Below, piece after piece: positions 50,805 to 60,346 of a DNA stretch of 64,000 bases (position 1 is the first letter of the stretch; each line of letters starts with the position of its first letter). Source of the stretch: Candidatus Saccharimonadia bacterium (GTDB taxonomy: Bacteria; Patescibacteriota; Saccharimonadia; UBA4664); NCBI GenBank assembly GCA_038245115.1, contig JBBRSS010000004.1, positions 1,804 to 65,803 of the forward strand. Reading direction: 5' to 3'. A model generated the notes under the pieces. The model was given only the letters and a program-made list of their open reading frames with translations, was not told the DNA's origin and did no database searches. The translations under genes and the position numbers were made by a program.

Positions 50805-51299
50805 ATGGCATACAAGCGAAGTTCTACACTTTTCCCGCTATTAGGTATTGTAGGAGCCGTTTTAGTCGCCCTGGGTGGTTGGTTGGTCTTCCGGCAGATT
50901 GCTAGTTGGCAATTCGCCCTGTTCACCTGCTCCTATCCCGAGTATGGGAATTGCCAGGAAGCGTCTTCGATATATCGGCAAATTGTCGAAACGGCCGTGC
51001 CGATATTGCTTGGGGTAGCGCTTCTGGCTCCCCTGATTATCCGGCAGCATTGGCTGCGATATGCCACACTGATTTTCAGTGTAGGCGTAGTGTATGTCAC
51101 GTATCCGCTCGCGCTTATCTGCACAATCGAGTGCGGCTTTGCGGGCCCGAACGACCAAGGGGGCTGCCCCGTCGTGCAAATGTGCCATGTTAACCCCTCG
51201 TGGTACGCAATCTGGTTGCTCCCGTTGGCTGTACTTGCCTATATCATTCTTCGTCGGATAATTTTAGTTAGCTATAGGCTGGCCAAACAAAAAGGTTGA
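50805..51299 (+). CDS. Hypothetical 4-TM protein with Cys-rich loops
   Basis: Starts 3 nt after the gap stop; six Cys in two loops. Confidence 0.7.
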   Translation: MAYKRSSTLFPLLGIVGAVLVALGGWLVFRQIASWQFALFTCSYPEYGNCQEASSIYRQIVETAVPILLGVALLAPLIIRQHWLRYATLIFSVGVVYVTYPLALICTIECGFAGPNDQGGCPVVQMCHVNPSWYAIWLLPLAVLAYIILRRIILVSYRLAKQKG

Positions 51300-51467
51300 G
51301 CTTCGGTTGAGCAAAATACCCCGCTCCGAGAAGGGTATACCTTCTCCCGAAAATAGTCTCATTAAAAGACTAATCTAAATGAGACTAATCCGAGCAAAAA
51401 GGTGAGTTCCGCGCAAAATGGCCAGTAACCGGTTGCCCCTAAACCCATAATAGACAATACTTAAGCT

Positions 51468-51914
51468 ATGAAGATTTACCTTGCCGCTGATCACGCTGGC
51501 TATGAATTAAAAAACATCTTGAGCGAACATCTGGTTCACGCCGGGTACGATGTTGCCGATCTCGGTGCCAAAACCCTCGATCCCGTTGACGATTTTGCGC
51601 AATACGCCTACGCTACCACCGCGAAAATTCTCGGCGACGAGGGCGATTCCCGCGGCATCCTAGTCTGCGGGTCGGGGCAGGGGATGGCTATGGCCGCCAA
51701 CCGAGTGGGGGGCATTCGTGCCGCTGTGATCTGGAGCGTCGAGGGCGCCAAAGAGACCCGCAACGACAATGACTCCAACGTTCTCACCCTCCCTGCTCGC
51801 ATGATCGATACCGAAACCGCCATTGCCATCGCCGAGGCCTGGCTTACGGAGCCCTTCTCCGGCGAGGAGCGCTATCAGCGCCGTATTGACCAGATCGAGC
51901 AGCTGTATGGCTAG
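51468..51914 (+). CDS. rpiB: Ribose-5-phosphate isomerase B
   Basis: ADHAG..LK, CGSGQG..MAANR..GIRAA, NDSNVL. Confidence 0.93.
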   Translation: MKIYLAADHAGYELKNILSEHLVHAGYDVADLGAKTLDPVDDFAQYAYATTAKILGDEGDSRGILVCGSGQGMAMAANRVGGIRAAVIWSVEGAKETRNDNDSNVLTLPARMIDTETAIAIAEAWLTEPFSGEERYQRRIDQIEQLYG

Positions 51915-52545
51915 TGTCGCCCCCACAATCAACGCCACCAGCCCCGAAGATTATGCTCGGCGCATCGACAACGTCAAGTCGTTTGCTACTCGCCTCCATA
52001 TCGACGTGGGCGATGGGGTGTTTACTGACGTTAGAACCGTCGGCCTCAGTCAGGTTTACGACATCGACGGTGTACCGTTCGACCTTCACCTCATGTTAAG
52101 CCATCCCGAAAGCCAGATCGAAAACATCGTCAGTCTGCAGCCACAGCTCGTCATCGTTCACTTTGAGGTCCAATTCGACCGAGAAGCCTTTTTCAAGCAA
52201 TTACGGTCGATGGATATTAAGGTTGGCCTCGCAATCAACACCGAAACTACCATCGAGCAGGTTCGCGATATATTGCCAACAATAAATCATCTCGTCGTCT
52301 TCACAGGCCGTCTCGGCCATAATGGCGGCGAATTCCGTGGTGACTGCCTCGAGAAAATCGCTCAAGCCCGCGCCATCAACCCCGATCTGGAGATTGCCGT
52401 CGACGGGGGGCTCAATCAGGAAACCTGCCGCCTGGCCGTTGAGGCCGGCGCCAATCTGCTCGATGTTGGCAGCTTCATTCATGATGCCCCCGACCCCGAG
52501 ATTGCCTACATCGCCGTCCAGGCCATCGCCGAGGGCACAAGCTGA
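51907..52545 (+). CDS. rpe: Ribulose-phosphate 3-epimerase
   Basis: HIDVGDG.F, DLHLM, VHFE, GLAIN, VDGG. Confidence 0.9.
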   Translation: MASVAPTINATSPEDYARRIDNVKSFATRLHIDVGDGVFTDVRTVGLSQVYDIDGVPFDLHLMLSHPESQIENIVSLQPQLVIVHFEVQFDREAFFKQLRSMDIKVGLAINTETTIEQVRDILPTINHLVVFTGRLGHNGGEFRGDCLEKIAQARAINPDLEIAVDGGLNQETCRLAVEAGANLLDVGSFIHDAPDPEIAYIAVQAIAEGTS

Positions 52546-52586
52546 GCATGCCTGCTATCATTACTTCATAACCTCAAGAGGAACGT

Positions 52587-53519
52587 ATGGCTGAACAAGC
52601 AGAACAAAACGGCGATAAATCGAATTATGCCATCGGCTCATCAGGCGCCAATTTGGCTAGCGAGCACCTGGAAATTGTCGCCGTCAATCCCGAGCAAGCT
52701 GAAGCCCAACGTCCACCGCGCCTTCAGCTCAGCTTCGACCGCGAAAAAATAGCCACCTCCGAGCTGCCAGAAGAAATGAAGGATTGGTTGATGCGCTTGC
52801 CCGAAAACCTGAATTTCACCGACCCGGTCACGCTTATCGTTGGAGACAATGGCACAGGCAAGACTTCTATTGCCCGGGGAATCGTGGCCGCCCTCAGCAG
52901 GGCCCGCATGGCCGCCAACCCCGAAGGCCGTTTCAATGATCTATACCTTGAGAATGGCGAACCCGCCAATGCCATTGCGGACGCCATAAACGTGTCAGTC
53001 GAAGATGCTGCCAAGGGTAATATCATCACTACTTTTATCGAAGGATCGGAGGTCATGTTTAAATCCCGTGAATGGGCGCGCGAGCAGGCCAGGTCACAAG
53101 GAAGGCCGAATAGTACGGAAGTAGCTACATGGATGAAGGGCCATACTACCGAAGAGGAAATCGTCGCAAGAACCCCCATCCACGAGTTGTCGTCGCGCCA
53201 GTTGTTTGAGCAATCCATACAGGGCATTAAGCGCCAATCAATCGATAGTCACCGTCAGCGCGTTGGTGGAGATGTGGTAGTTATTTTCGATGAGCCAGAA
53301 CAGGGGTTGAGCCCACAACGCCAACTTGAACTCCCGGGTGTAATCGCTGGCTTTTTGGACGAACATGACACGATGCTCGTTCCTACAAACAACTTGGCTC
53401 TATATTTGTCGGATATGCCACGCATTGATGTTGATCACCCGGATCGTGGTGTGTACAAGCCCTCAGATTATGACGAAGGCGGGAAAATCGAGCTATTCCA
53501 CTCTGAAGGGCAGGAATGA
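52587..53519 (+). CDS. Divergent ABC/AAA-type ATPase
   Basis: Walker A GDNGTGKT, Walker B VVIFDEPEQGLSPQRQ. Confidence 0.75.
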   Translation: MAEQAEQNGDKSNYAIGSSGANLASEHLEIVAVNPEQAEAQRPPRLQLSFDREKIATSELPEEMKDWLMRLPENLNFTDPVTLIVGDNGTGKTSIARGIVAALSRARMAANPEGRFNDLYLENGEPANAIADAINVSVEDAAKGNIITTFIEGSEVMFKSREWAREQARSQGRPNSTEVATWMKGHTTEEEIVARTPIHELSSRQLFEQSIQGIKRQSIDSHRQRVGGDVVVIFDEPEQGLSPQRQLELPGVIAGFLDEHDTMLVPTNNLALYLSDMPRIDVDHPDRGVYKPSDYDEGGKIELFHSEGQE

Positions 53520-53591
53520 TCGCCGTGGCTGCCATCGCCGAGGGCACGAGCTAATCTCGCCAAAATCCATGAAAAAAGTTATGCTTAGCTT

Positions 53592-54464
53592 ATGACACAT
53601 AAACAGCTCGAGCTTCAGGCCGAGCAAATCCGCGAAGATATCGTCAATATGCTAGTGGAGGCCGGCAGTGGCCACAGCGCTGGGCCATTGGGTCTCGCCG
53701 ATATTTTTACTGCGCTGTATTTCGAAATCATGGATCACCGCCCGAAAGACCCGAACTGGGCCGGCCGCGACCGCTTATTCTTAAGTAACGGCCACTGCGT
53801 GCCCGTGCGCTACGCCACCATGGCCCGCGCCGGGTACTTTCCCGTCTCGGAGCTCAAAACTCTGCGCAAATTCGGCAGCCGCCTCCAAGGCCACCCCGAG
53901 CGCCTGCGCCTACCCGGCCTCGAATCCACCTCCGGCCCACTCGGCAGTGGCATCAGCCAGGCCGCCGGCCACGCTCTTGCCCTCCGCATGGACAACTCGC
54001 GCAGCCATGTTTACGTAGTCACTGGCGACGGTGAGCTCGATGAGGGCAACATTTGGGAGGCGGCCATGTTTGCCGCCAAGTACCAGCTTTCCAATCTCAC
54101 CGCCATCATCGACCGAAATTACATCCAAATCGACGGTTCCACCGAAAACGTTATGCCGCTGGGCGATGTAGGTGCAAAATTCGCCGCCTTTGGCTGGCAC
54201 GTCATCGAGATCGACGGTCACAACTTCCAGGCCATCATGGACGCGTGCCATCTCGCCAAGGCCATTGCCGATCAGCCTGTGGCCATCATTGCCCACACCA
54301 TCCCCGGCCGAGGCGTCGACTACATGGAGTACGACTATCACTGGCATGGCAACCCGCCCGGCACACTCGAAACCCCCGGCGCCCCGCCCTTGAAAGATCA
54401 GGCCCGCATCGCTCTGCATGAGCTACGAACGCTGGGCGGCCAAATTAGGGGCGAACATGAGTAA
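53592..54464 (+). CDS. Transketolase N-terminal subunit
   Basis: SGH, RDR..LSNGH, LQGHP, GDGELDEG..WEA TPP motif. Confidence 0.95.
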   Translation: MTHKQLELQAEQIREDIVNMLVEAGSGHSAGPLGLADIFTALYFEIMDHRPKDPNWAGRDRLFLSNGHCVPVRYATMARAGYFPVSELKTLRKFGSRLQGHPERLRLPGLESTSGPLGSGISQAAGHALALRMDNSRSHVYVVTGDGELDEGNIWEAAMFAAKYQLSNLTAIIDRNYIQIDGSTENVMPLGDVGAKFAAFGWHVIEIDGHNFQAIMDACHLAKAIADQPVAIIAHTIPGRGVDYMEYDYHWHGNPPGTLETPGAPPLKDQARIALHELRTLGGQIRGEHE

Positions 54465-54777
54465 GGCGCGACATTTGAAGCTCATTTTTATTAGTGTATT
54501 TCTAACAGTGGTAGTTCTAAGCGTAGAATTAACTGTTCCGATATCCAAGATTAATAGGCCGTGCGCCGGGATTGGCGAATGCGGGGTAGTAGAACGACAT
54601 TATGGCTGGCCTCAAATGATACGAGCCGACCTCGTTTCTCCGCCACTAGTTATACCCAGCGATCTATCCGTGTCATTGCTGTTGGTTGACGCACTTATCA
54701 TCTTGGTGCCGGTTTCGCTAGTAGTGTACGGTATTCCACTCATCAACCGACGTCGTAACGCGAGGGCCACTCTATGA
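54457..54777 (+). CDS. Hypothetical two-TM protein inserted between transketolase halves
   Basis: Overlaps both neighbours; C-x5-C then YGWP in the loop. Confidence 0.65.
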   Translation: MSKARHLKLIFISVFLTVVVLSVELTVPISKINRPCAGIGECGVVERHYGWPQMIRADLVSPPLVIPSDLSVSLLLVDALIILVPVSLVVYGIPLINRRRNARATL

Positions 54778-55760
54778 TAGAACCTCAACAACATTTAGCC
54801 CCCAATCTTTTCTCCAAAGAGGTCAAACAAGAGCCCATCCGCGTCGGTTTTGGCCGTGGCCTGCTCGAGTCCGGGCACGTCAATAAAAACATTGTGGCCC
54901 TGTGCGCCGACCTCACCGGTAGCACCAAGATGGACGAATTCGCCAAGAGCTACCCTGAGCGCTTTGTTGAAATCGGCATCGCTGAGCAAAACCTTGTCAC
55001 CGTGGCCGCCGGCATGGCACTGGCAGGGAAGATTCCGTTCGTCTCCAGCTACGCCGCGTTCTCGCCTGGCCGCAACTGGGAGCAAATCCGCACAACCATC
55101 TGCCTCAATGACACCAACGTCAAGATTGTAGGCTCACATGCTGGCCTCTACACCGGCGCCGATGGTGCCACCCACCAAATGCTCGAGGACATTGCGCTCA
55201 TGCGGGTACTACCGAATATGATCGTGGTTGTTCCTGCCGACGCCATGGAGGCCGAAAAAGCTACTATGGTCTTAGCTGCCCACCGTGGGCCTGCTTACAT
55301 CCGCCTCGCTCGCGAAAAAACACCGGTAGTCACCACCGCCAAATCACCGTTCTCACTTACCAAAGCCCAAGTGCTGCGTATCGGCCAAGACATCACCATC
55401 GTTGCCTGCGGCACCATGGTCTACCAGGCCCTCGTTGCCGCCGAAAAGCTCAGCGAAAAGGGGATTGAGGCCGAGGTCATTAATGTCGCCGTCATAAAAC
55501 CGCTCGATACCGTCACCATAATCCATAGCGCCCGCAAAACCGGCGCCGTACTTACCGTGGAAGAGGCTCAAATTATTGGCGGCCTCGGCGGCGCCGTGGC
55601 CGAAACCCTGGCCGATCATCACCCCGTGCCCATGACCCGCCTCGGCATGTTCGACCGTTTCGGCGAATCCGGCACCCCCGACGAGCTTCTCAAACATTTT
55701 GGCCTCACCGCGCCGAATATCGCCAAACAAGCCCTCGAACTCATTAAACGCAAAGGTTAA
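54774..55760 (+). CDS. Transketolase C-terminal subunit
   Basis: ADL..ST, GIAEQN, GADGATHQ, P.YIRL.R, D.FGESG. Confidence 0.95.
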   Translation: MIEPQQHLAPNLFSKEVKQEPIRVGFGRGLLESGHVNKNIVALCADLTGSTKMDEFAKSYPERFVEIGIAEQNLVTVAAGMALAGKIPFVSSYAAFSPGRNWEQIRTTICLNDTNVKIVGSHAGLYTGADGATHQMLEDIALMRVLPNMIVVVPADAMEAEKATMVLAAHRGPAYIRLAREKTPVVTTAKSPFSLTKAQVLRIGQDITIVACGTMVYQALVAAEKLSEKGIEAEVINVAVIKPLDTVTIIHSARKTGAVLTVEEAQIIGGLGGAVAETLADHHPVPMTRLGMFDRFGESGTPDELLKHFGLTAPNIAKQALELIKRKG

Positions 55761-55769
55761 ACTACAATT

Positions 55770-56657
55770 ATGTCCAATACTGCCGCCGCCCGTGCCCTCT
55801 ATACCCGTACCAAGACCGATAAATTCGCCCTCGGGGCCTTCAATATTGATAATCAAGAAACCCTCATTGCCATCGCCAAAGCCGCTCAGGCCAAGCAAAG
55901 CCCGGTACTGGTCGAAGTGAGCCAGGGCGAAGTGGAGGCTCTAGGCTTGCACAATATTCGCTGCCTGGTCGACAATTACCGCGATGAGTACGGCATCGAA
56001 ATGTACATCAACTTGGACCATTCTCCCAACGTCGATGCGGCCAAAGCGGGGATTGATGCCGGTTTTGAGTTTATTCACATAGACCTTTCCCAAGCCAAAA
56101 AAGACGCTTCCGATGAAGAAATAGTTGCCGCCACCAAAGAAGTCGTGGAGTATGCCAAGACCACCGGCGCGATAGTTGAGAGTGAGCCTCACTATTTTGG
56201 CGGTGCGTCGAACATTCACAAAGAAGCCATCGATTATGACGAAATCCGCAAGAGCTTCAGCACTCCGGACGAGGCCGTTAAATTTATTGAGGCTACCGGA
56301 ATTGATACCTTTGCCGTCGCTATTGGCAATCTCCACGGCCTGTATCCGGTTCCCAAGCAGCTCGACCTTGATCTCCTGGCCACCATCCGCGCCGCGGCCC
56401 CGGGTTTCTTGAGCCTCCACGGCGGTTCAGGCACTCCGGACGACCAGTTTATTGGCGCCGTAGAGCGCGGTATTTCCAAGATCAACATCAATTCCGAGAT
56501 GCGGCGTGCCTTCCGTGATACCCTCGAACAGGTCCTGGCTGCGCACCCCGACGAATACGCCGTAGTTAAGCTCATGCCCGAAGTGATTGCCGCGGTGCAG
56601 GTCGTAGTTGAGCACAAGATGGATGTTTTTGGCTCCGCCGGCAAAGCCGCCCACTAA
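55770..56657 (+). CDS. fba: Class II fructose-bisphosphate aldolase
   Basis: GAFN, NLDH, AIGNLHG, LHGGSG, KININSE. Confidence 0.93.
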   Translation: MSNTAAARALYTRTKTDKFALGAFNIDNQETLIAIAKAAQAKQSPVLVEVSQGEVEALGLHNIRCLVDNYRDEYGIEMYINLDHSPNVDAAKAGIDAGFEFIHIDLSQAKKDASDEEIVAATKEVVEYAKTTGAIVESEPHYFGGASNIHKEAIDYDEIRKSFSTPDEAVKFIEATGIDTFAVAIGNLHGLYPVPKQLDLDLLATIRAAAPGFLSLHGGSGTPDDQFIGAVERGISKININSEMRRAFRDTLEQVLAAHPDEYAVVKLMPEVIAAVQVVVEHKMDVFGSAGKAAH

Positions 56658-56719
56658 TCCCTCGGCTGTTGAGCTGTTAATTGCTAACCACAACTGGTAT
56701 TCTAGATACAATGCATGAG

Positions 56720-57691
56720 GTGAATGTGAAAATCCTAACATTTGGAGCGGCTACTCAAGACGTGTTCTTGACCGGCAAGGCGCTCCATGCCCGCCGTGAT
56801 GTCCGTACGCGCGATTATGTGGAGCAATTTCCGCTTGGCGCCAAGATTGACGTCGAGAATGTCTATTTCGACACCGGCGGCGGTGCCACCAACGCGGCCG
56901 TTACTTTTGCTCGCCAGGGCCTTCACGTCGGATATATTGGCAAAATCGGCCATGATCCTGCCGGCGCTGAGGTGCTGCGCGTCCTGCGACGCGAGGGCAT
57001 AATGACCGATCGCGTAGTCCATGACCCCAAGCTCAATACCGGCTATTCCACGCTGCTTGTTGCCCCTACCGGCGAGCGGACTATTTTGACGCATCGCGGC
57101 GCTTCGCATGAGCTGGGAGCCAAAGATGTCGCTATCCGCACGCTCGAGGCCGACTGGTTTTATATTTCATCCCTCGCCGGCAACATCGATCTGCTAACTA
57201 AACTCCTCAAGCACGCCAATAATCATCACATTCAAGTTGCCATCGACCCCGGCGCCGCTGAACTGGCTCAAACCAAGAAATTCCGTGCCCTTTTGCCCCT
57301 CATTACCGTCCTCAAGGCCAACGCCGAGGAACTCCAGCTGTTATTCGGCGGCAACGATTTGCGCGAGACAGTAGTTCGAGCCGAGGGCGTTTGCCCGTAC
57401 GTAGTCGGCACCAACGGTCCGGCCGGATCCTATGCGGCCGTAGCGGGCAAGCTTTACCAGGCTGGTTCCTACCAGAAGGTTAAGGCTATTGACCGTACCG
57501 GCGCTGGGGACGCCTTTGGTTCGGGATTTGTCGCCGCCCTAGCCAAAGGACTTCCTGTCGAAGACGCCCTCACTCTTGGCAGCGCTAACGCCACCAGTGT
57601 TGTTGCCAAAATCGGCGCCAAGGCCGGCATTCTCAAAACTAGCCGTATCAAACGCATGAAGCTCAAAATCACCAACTTGGAGGGTAAATAA
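56720..57691 (+). CDS. PfkB family carbohydrate kinase
   Basis: GGGATNAA, DRTGAGDAFGSGF; GTG 56720 lies 7 nt after TACAAT. Confidence 0.92.
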   Translation: MNVKILTFGAATQDVFLTGKALHARRDVRTRDYVEQFPLGAKIDVENVYFDTGGGATNAAVTFARQGLHVGYIGKIGHDPAGAEVLRVLRREGIMTDRVVHDPKLNTGYSTLLVAPTGERTILTHRGASHELGAKDVAIRTLEADWFYISSLAGNIDLLTKLLKHANNHHIQVAIDPGAAELAQTKKFRALLPLITVLKANAEELQLLFGGNDLRETVVRAEGVCPYVVGTNGPAGSYAAVAGKLYQAGSYQKVKAIDRTGAGDAFGSGFVAALAKGLPVEDALTLGSANATSVVAKIGAKAGILKTSRIKRMKLKITNLEGK

Positions 57692-58935
57692 TGTCTACTA
57701 TCGGTCGTTTTCTTCAGGCCAAGGAACCATTATTTGACCACGCCCTCCATCAGCTCGAGCTCAGGTCACACCAAAAAGGTATCGATATTAAACTTGCCGC
57801 CGAAATTGCCGAAACCGCTGCCGCGCGCATTCGCGATCTAGGCCTCACCGCCGATGCCACTGGCCCCGAGCTCTACGACGCGCTAATAAAACGGGTCGGG
57901 GAGCACGACGACCACCTCGCCCGCGCTATTGGCGGCACCGACCCTAGCGATCTGAGCCAGATGATCCCGCTCATCGTTAAGGCCGCCGAGGCCGCGCCCC
58001 TGCCGAAAGACGGCTGGTTCCTTAAGGAAGACAAAGCTAAAGACATGCTGCGCCGCACTCCTCCGATGGCTATTATGGACCGCCTTGGCTACCACCTGGT
58101 TTCGCGCCTGCTCGAGTCCGAAGACATTTACGAACTCTTCTTGGCGCTCAGGTTTGCCGAAAGCCCCGAGTGGCTCAACAATTTCGATCGCCAATACCTC
58201 GACCTCGTTGCCGCCGACTTTGAGTCCCGCCGTATCAAAGTGGTGCCGTTTGCCGCCAGCAAGTGGGGCGACATTGCCGAGCATTTCATCCAAAAGAAGC
58301 GCCACAACATTACTCATTCCAAAGAGATGGGCGCTATTGCTATCATGCCGATGCGTGAAACCCACATGACGGGCATTACGCTCAAAGTTATGCCCCTGCT
58401 CTTCCACTATTTCAACGAAATCCGCCTCTACAGCTCGTTTTTTAAGCTCATGCAGACCAAAAAGAACTTTGGCGCCATCGTTTCCGAAACGCTCATTGCC
58501 GACCCCGCTCACGTCAAGATCACCGACAATGCCCATATCCACTGGCGCGTCATTCAGCGGTATTTCGGCAAACTCACCACCGAAAAGCACCCCGAGATTT
58601 TTGAACCCCACGTGCAGCCCGAAGATTTACACTGGCGCCGCGCCGAAGAAGTACTCTACGACATCGATCCTGAGCTGCAGTTCTGGAAGAGTCTCGACTT
58701 TGTGGCTGTGCTCAAAGGCCCAGCCCACGACACCGTCACTTTTAACCTCATGGATCTTTCACTCGGCTACTCCAATAGCATCCCCTTTGCTGATCGCTAC
58801 CTGTATCACTTCCGAGAGGCCTTGTGGAATGAAGTGTTTGCCCGCTATATGGGCGAAAAAGTTCTAGAAGAGCAGCTGCTCGAAAAACTCGATAATGCCG
58901 TAATTTCGCCGGAGGTATTAACTCGCCATGAGTAA
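57691..58935 (+). CDS. Hypothetical soluble protein
   Basis: 414 aa, GGAGG RBS, coupled to both neighbours; no motif recognised. Confidence 0.8.
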   Translation: MSTIGRFLQAKEPLFDHALHQLELRSHQKGIDIKLAAEIAETAAARIRDLGLTADATGPELYDALIKRVGEHDDHLARAIGGTDPSDLSQMIPLIVKAAEAAPLPKDGWFLKEDKAKDMLRRTPPMAIMDRLGYHLVSRLLESEDIYELFLALRFAESPEWLNNFDRQYLDLVAADFESRRIKVVPFAASKWGDIAEHFIQKKRHNITHSKEMGAIAIMPMRETHMTGITLKVMPLLFHYFNEIRLYSSFFKLMQTKKNFGAIVSETLIADPAHVKITDNAHIHWRVIQRYFGKLTTEKHPEIFEPHVQPEDLHWRRAEEVLYDIDPELQFWKSLDFVAVLKGPAHDTVTFNLMDLSLGYSNSIPFADRYLYHFREALWNEVFARYMGEKVLEEQLLEKLDNAVISPEVLTRHE

Positions 58936-59518
58936 GCACGAATTACGCTATCAGATCTGTGTATCGGGAGCTGCCCGCGGCGACAGTATAAAAGTTGGCG
59001 AAGAGTTAGCTGCTGAGGTTGCCCGCGAAATTGTTAGACGCGGGCACCTGGTGATCACGGGTGCCACTCGTGGCCTGCCGTACGCCGCCGCCAAGGCCGC
59101 CAAGATCGAAGGCGGGCGCGACATCACCTCGATTGGCTTCTCGCCGGCAGCCAGCCGCTTGGCGCACGTGAAAAAATACCAGCTGCCGCTGGATGTTTTC
59201 GACACTGTTATCTTTACCGGTTTTGAATATACCGGCCGTAACCTCCTACTGGTGCGCTCCAGCGACGCGGTTGTGATGGTCGGCGGCCGCATCGGCACCC
59301 TCAACGAGCTCACGATTGCCATTGAAGAACGCAAGCCCATTGGCGTTATGCTGGGTTCTGGTGGCATGACAGACGAAGTTGAACATGTCCTGAAGGCTGC
59401 CAAGCGCGCCCGTACCGGCATTATCTTTAGTCACGATCCAGTTGCGCTGGTCGATCAGCTTATTGATCTCATCGAAACCAAATCATCCAAACTCCCTGAT
59501 ATCCCTGACGAAGTTTAG
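58928..59518 (+). CDS. LOG/SLOG family nucleotide-binding protein
   Basis: ITGA..G.P, RN..LVRSSDA, GGRIGTLNE. Confidence 0.85.
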   Translation: MSKHELRYQICVSGAARGDSIKVGEELAAEVAREIVRRGHLVITGATRGLPYAAAKAAKIEGGRDITSIGFSPAASRLAHVKKYQLPLDVFDTVIFTGFEYTGRNLLLVRSSDAVVMVGGRIGTLNELTIAIEERKPIGVMLGSGGMTDEVEHVLKAAKRARTGIIFSHDPVALVDQLIDLIETKSSKLPDIPDEV

Positions 59519-59522
59519 CCCA

Positions 59523-60158
59523 ATGAAGGTGCTGAGCTATGTCCAGCAGCATCGATGGTTGCAGCTTCTGTTGGCTTTCATCGGGGCGGTCGCTCTAGCG
59601 CTGATCGTCCACGCCGGCACTACATCGCCCATCGATTCGTACGCCGCCTGCATTGAGGCTGGTAATCCGGTACTCGAAACTGAACCGCCCATTTGCCGAG
59701 ACGGCACCCATAATTTCACCGGCCCGCCGGCTCCGACCCTGAATTTGGCAGCCTCGAATACGGCCGTGCCCTTTGAGCTATTGGTTGATGGTGATACTCA
59801 CATCTCTGTCCCCGCGCACCGTCAAGACTACATCGATTCCCCAGCGCAGTGGCAGGCCTATTGGCGCCAGGTTCATGCCGGCCTTGCCTCGTTGCCGCCG
59901 ATTATCCCCGTAGATTTTGCTCAGTCCAGTGTTGTAGCGGTCAGCCTTGGCCAACAACCCACTAACGGATTTGGCCTCAAGATTACCAATATCACTACTG
60001 CCAAGGCCGGCACCACGGTTAATCTCACCGAATCCACGCCTACTATCTCTTGCACGGTTGCCCAAACGGTTACTAACCGTTATGTGATTGTGCGCACCGC
60101 TAAACTTACCGAGCCGGTGAGTTTTCGTATTACCTCTCAGAAGCGCCGCTGCCCATAG
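59523..60158 (+). CDS. Membrane-anchored protein with PrcB-C-like domain
   Basis: TM, C..AGNP.LE..P..C module, VDF....VVAVSLGQQPTNGF. Confidence 0.65.
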   Translation: MKVLSYVQQHRWLQLLLAFIGAVALALIVHAGTTSPIDSYAACIEAGNPVLETEPPICRDGTHNFTGPPAPTLNLAASNTAVPFELLVDGDTHISVPAHRQDYIDSPAQWQAYWRQVHAGLASLPPIIPVDFAQSSVVAVSLGQQPTNGFGLKITNITTAKAGTTVNLTESTPTISCTVAQTVTNRYVIVRTAKLTEPVSFRITSQKRRCP

Positions 60159-60346
60159 CGATCAAGAAAACAGTCTGGGAGCTAAACATTTAAGCATATT
60201 TATGTTATAAACCTAAAATACAGAATGCACTTTTTGTGTTCTCGCATTTATTGACAACAAAGTCTCTTTGTTCTAAGCATTGTTTTAGCTCTCGGAAACA
60301 GACCCCCTTGCCAATGCATTGTTCCCCGAAAGGTGCGTGTATCTCG

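Noticed and set aside
53592-55760. Split transketolase as a broken gene
   Set aside because: Two-subunit transketolases are a known intact form; both halves have complete motifs.
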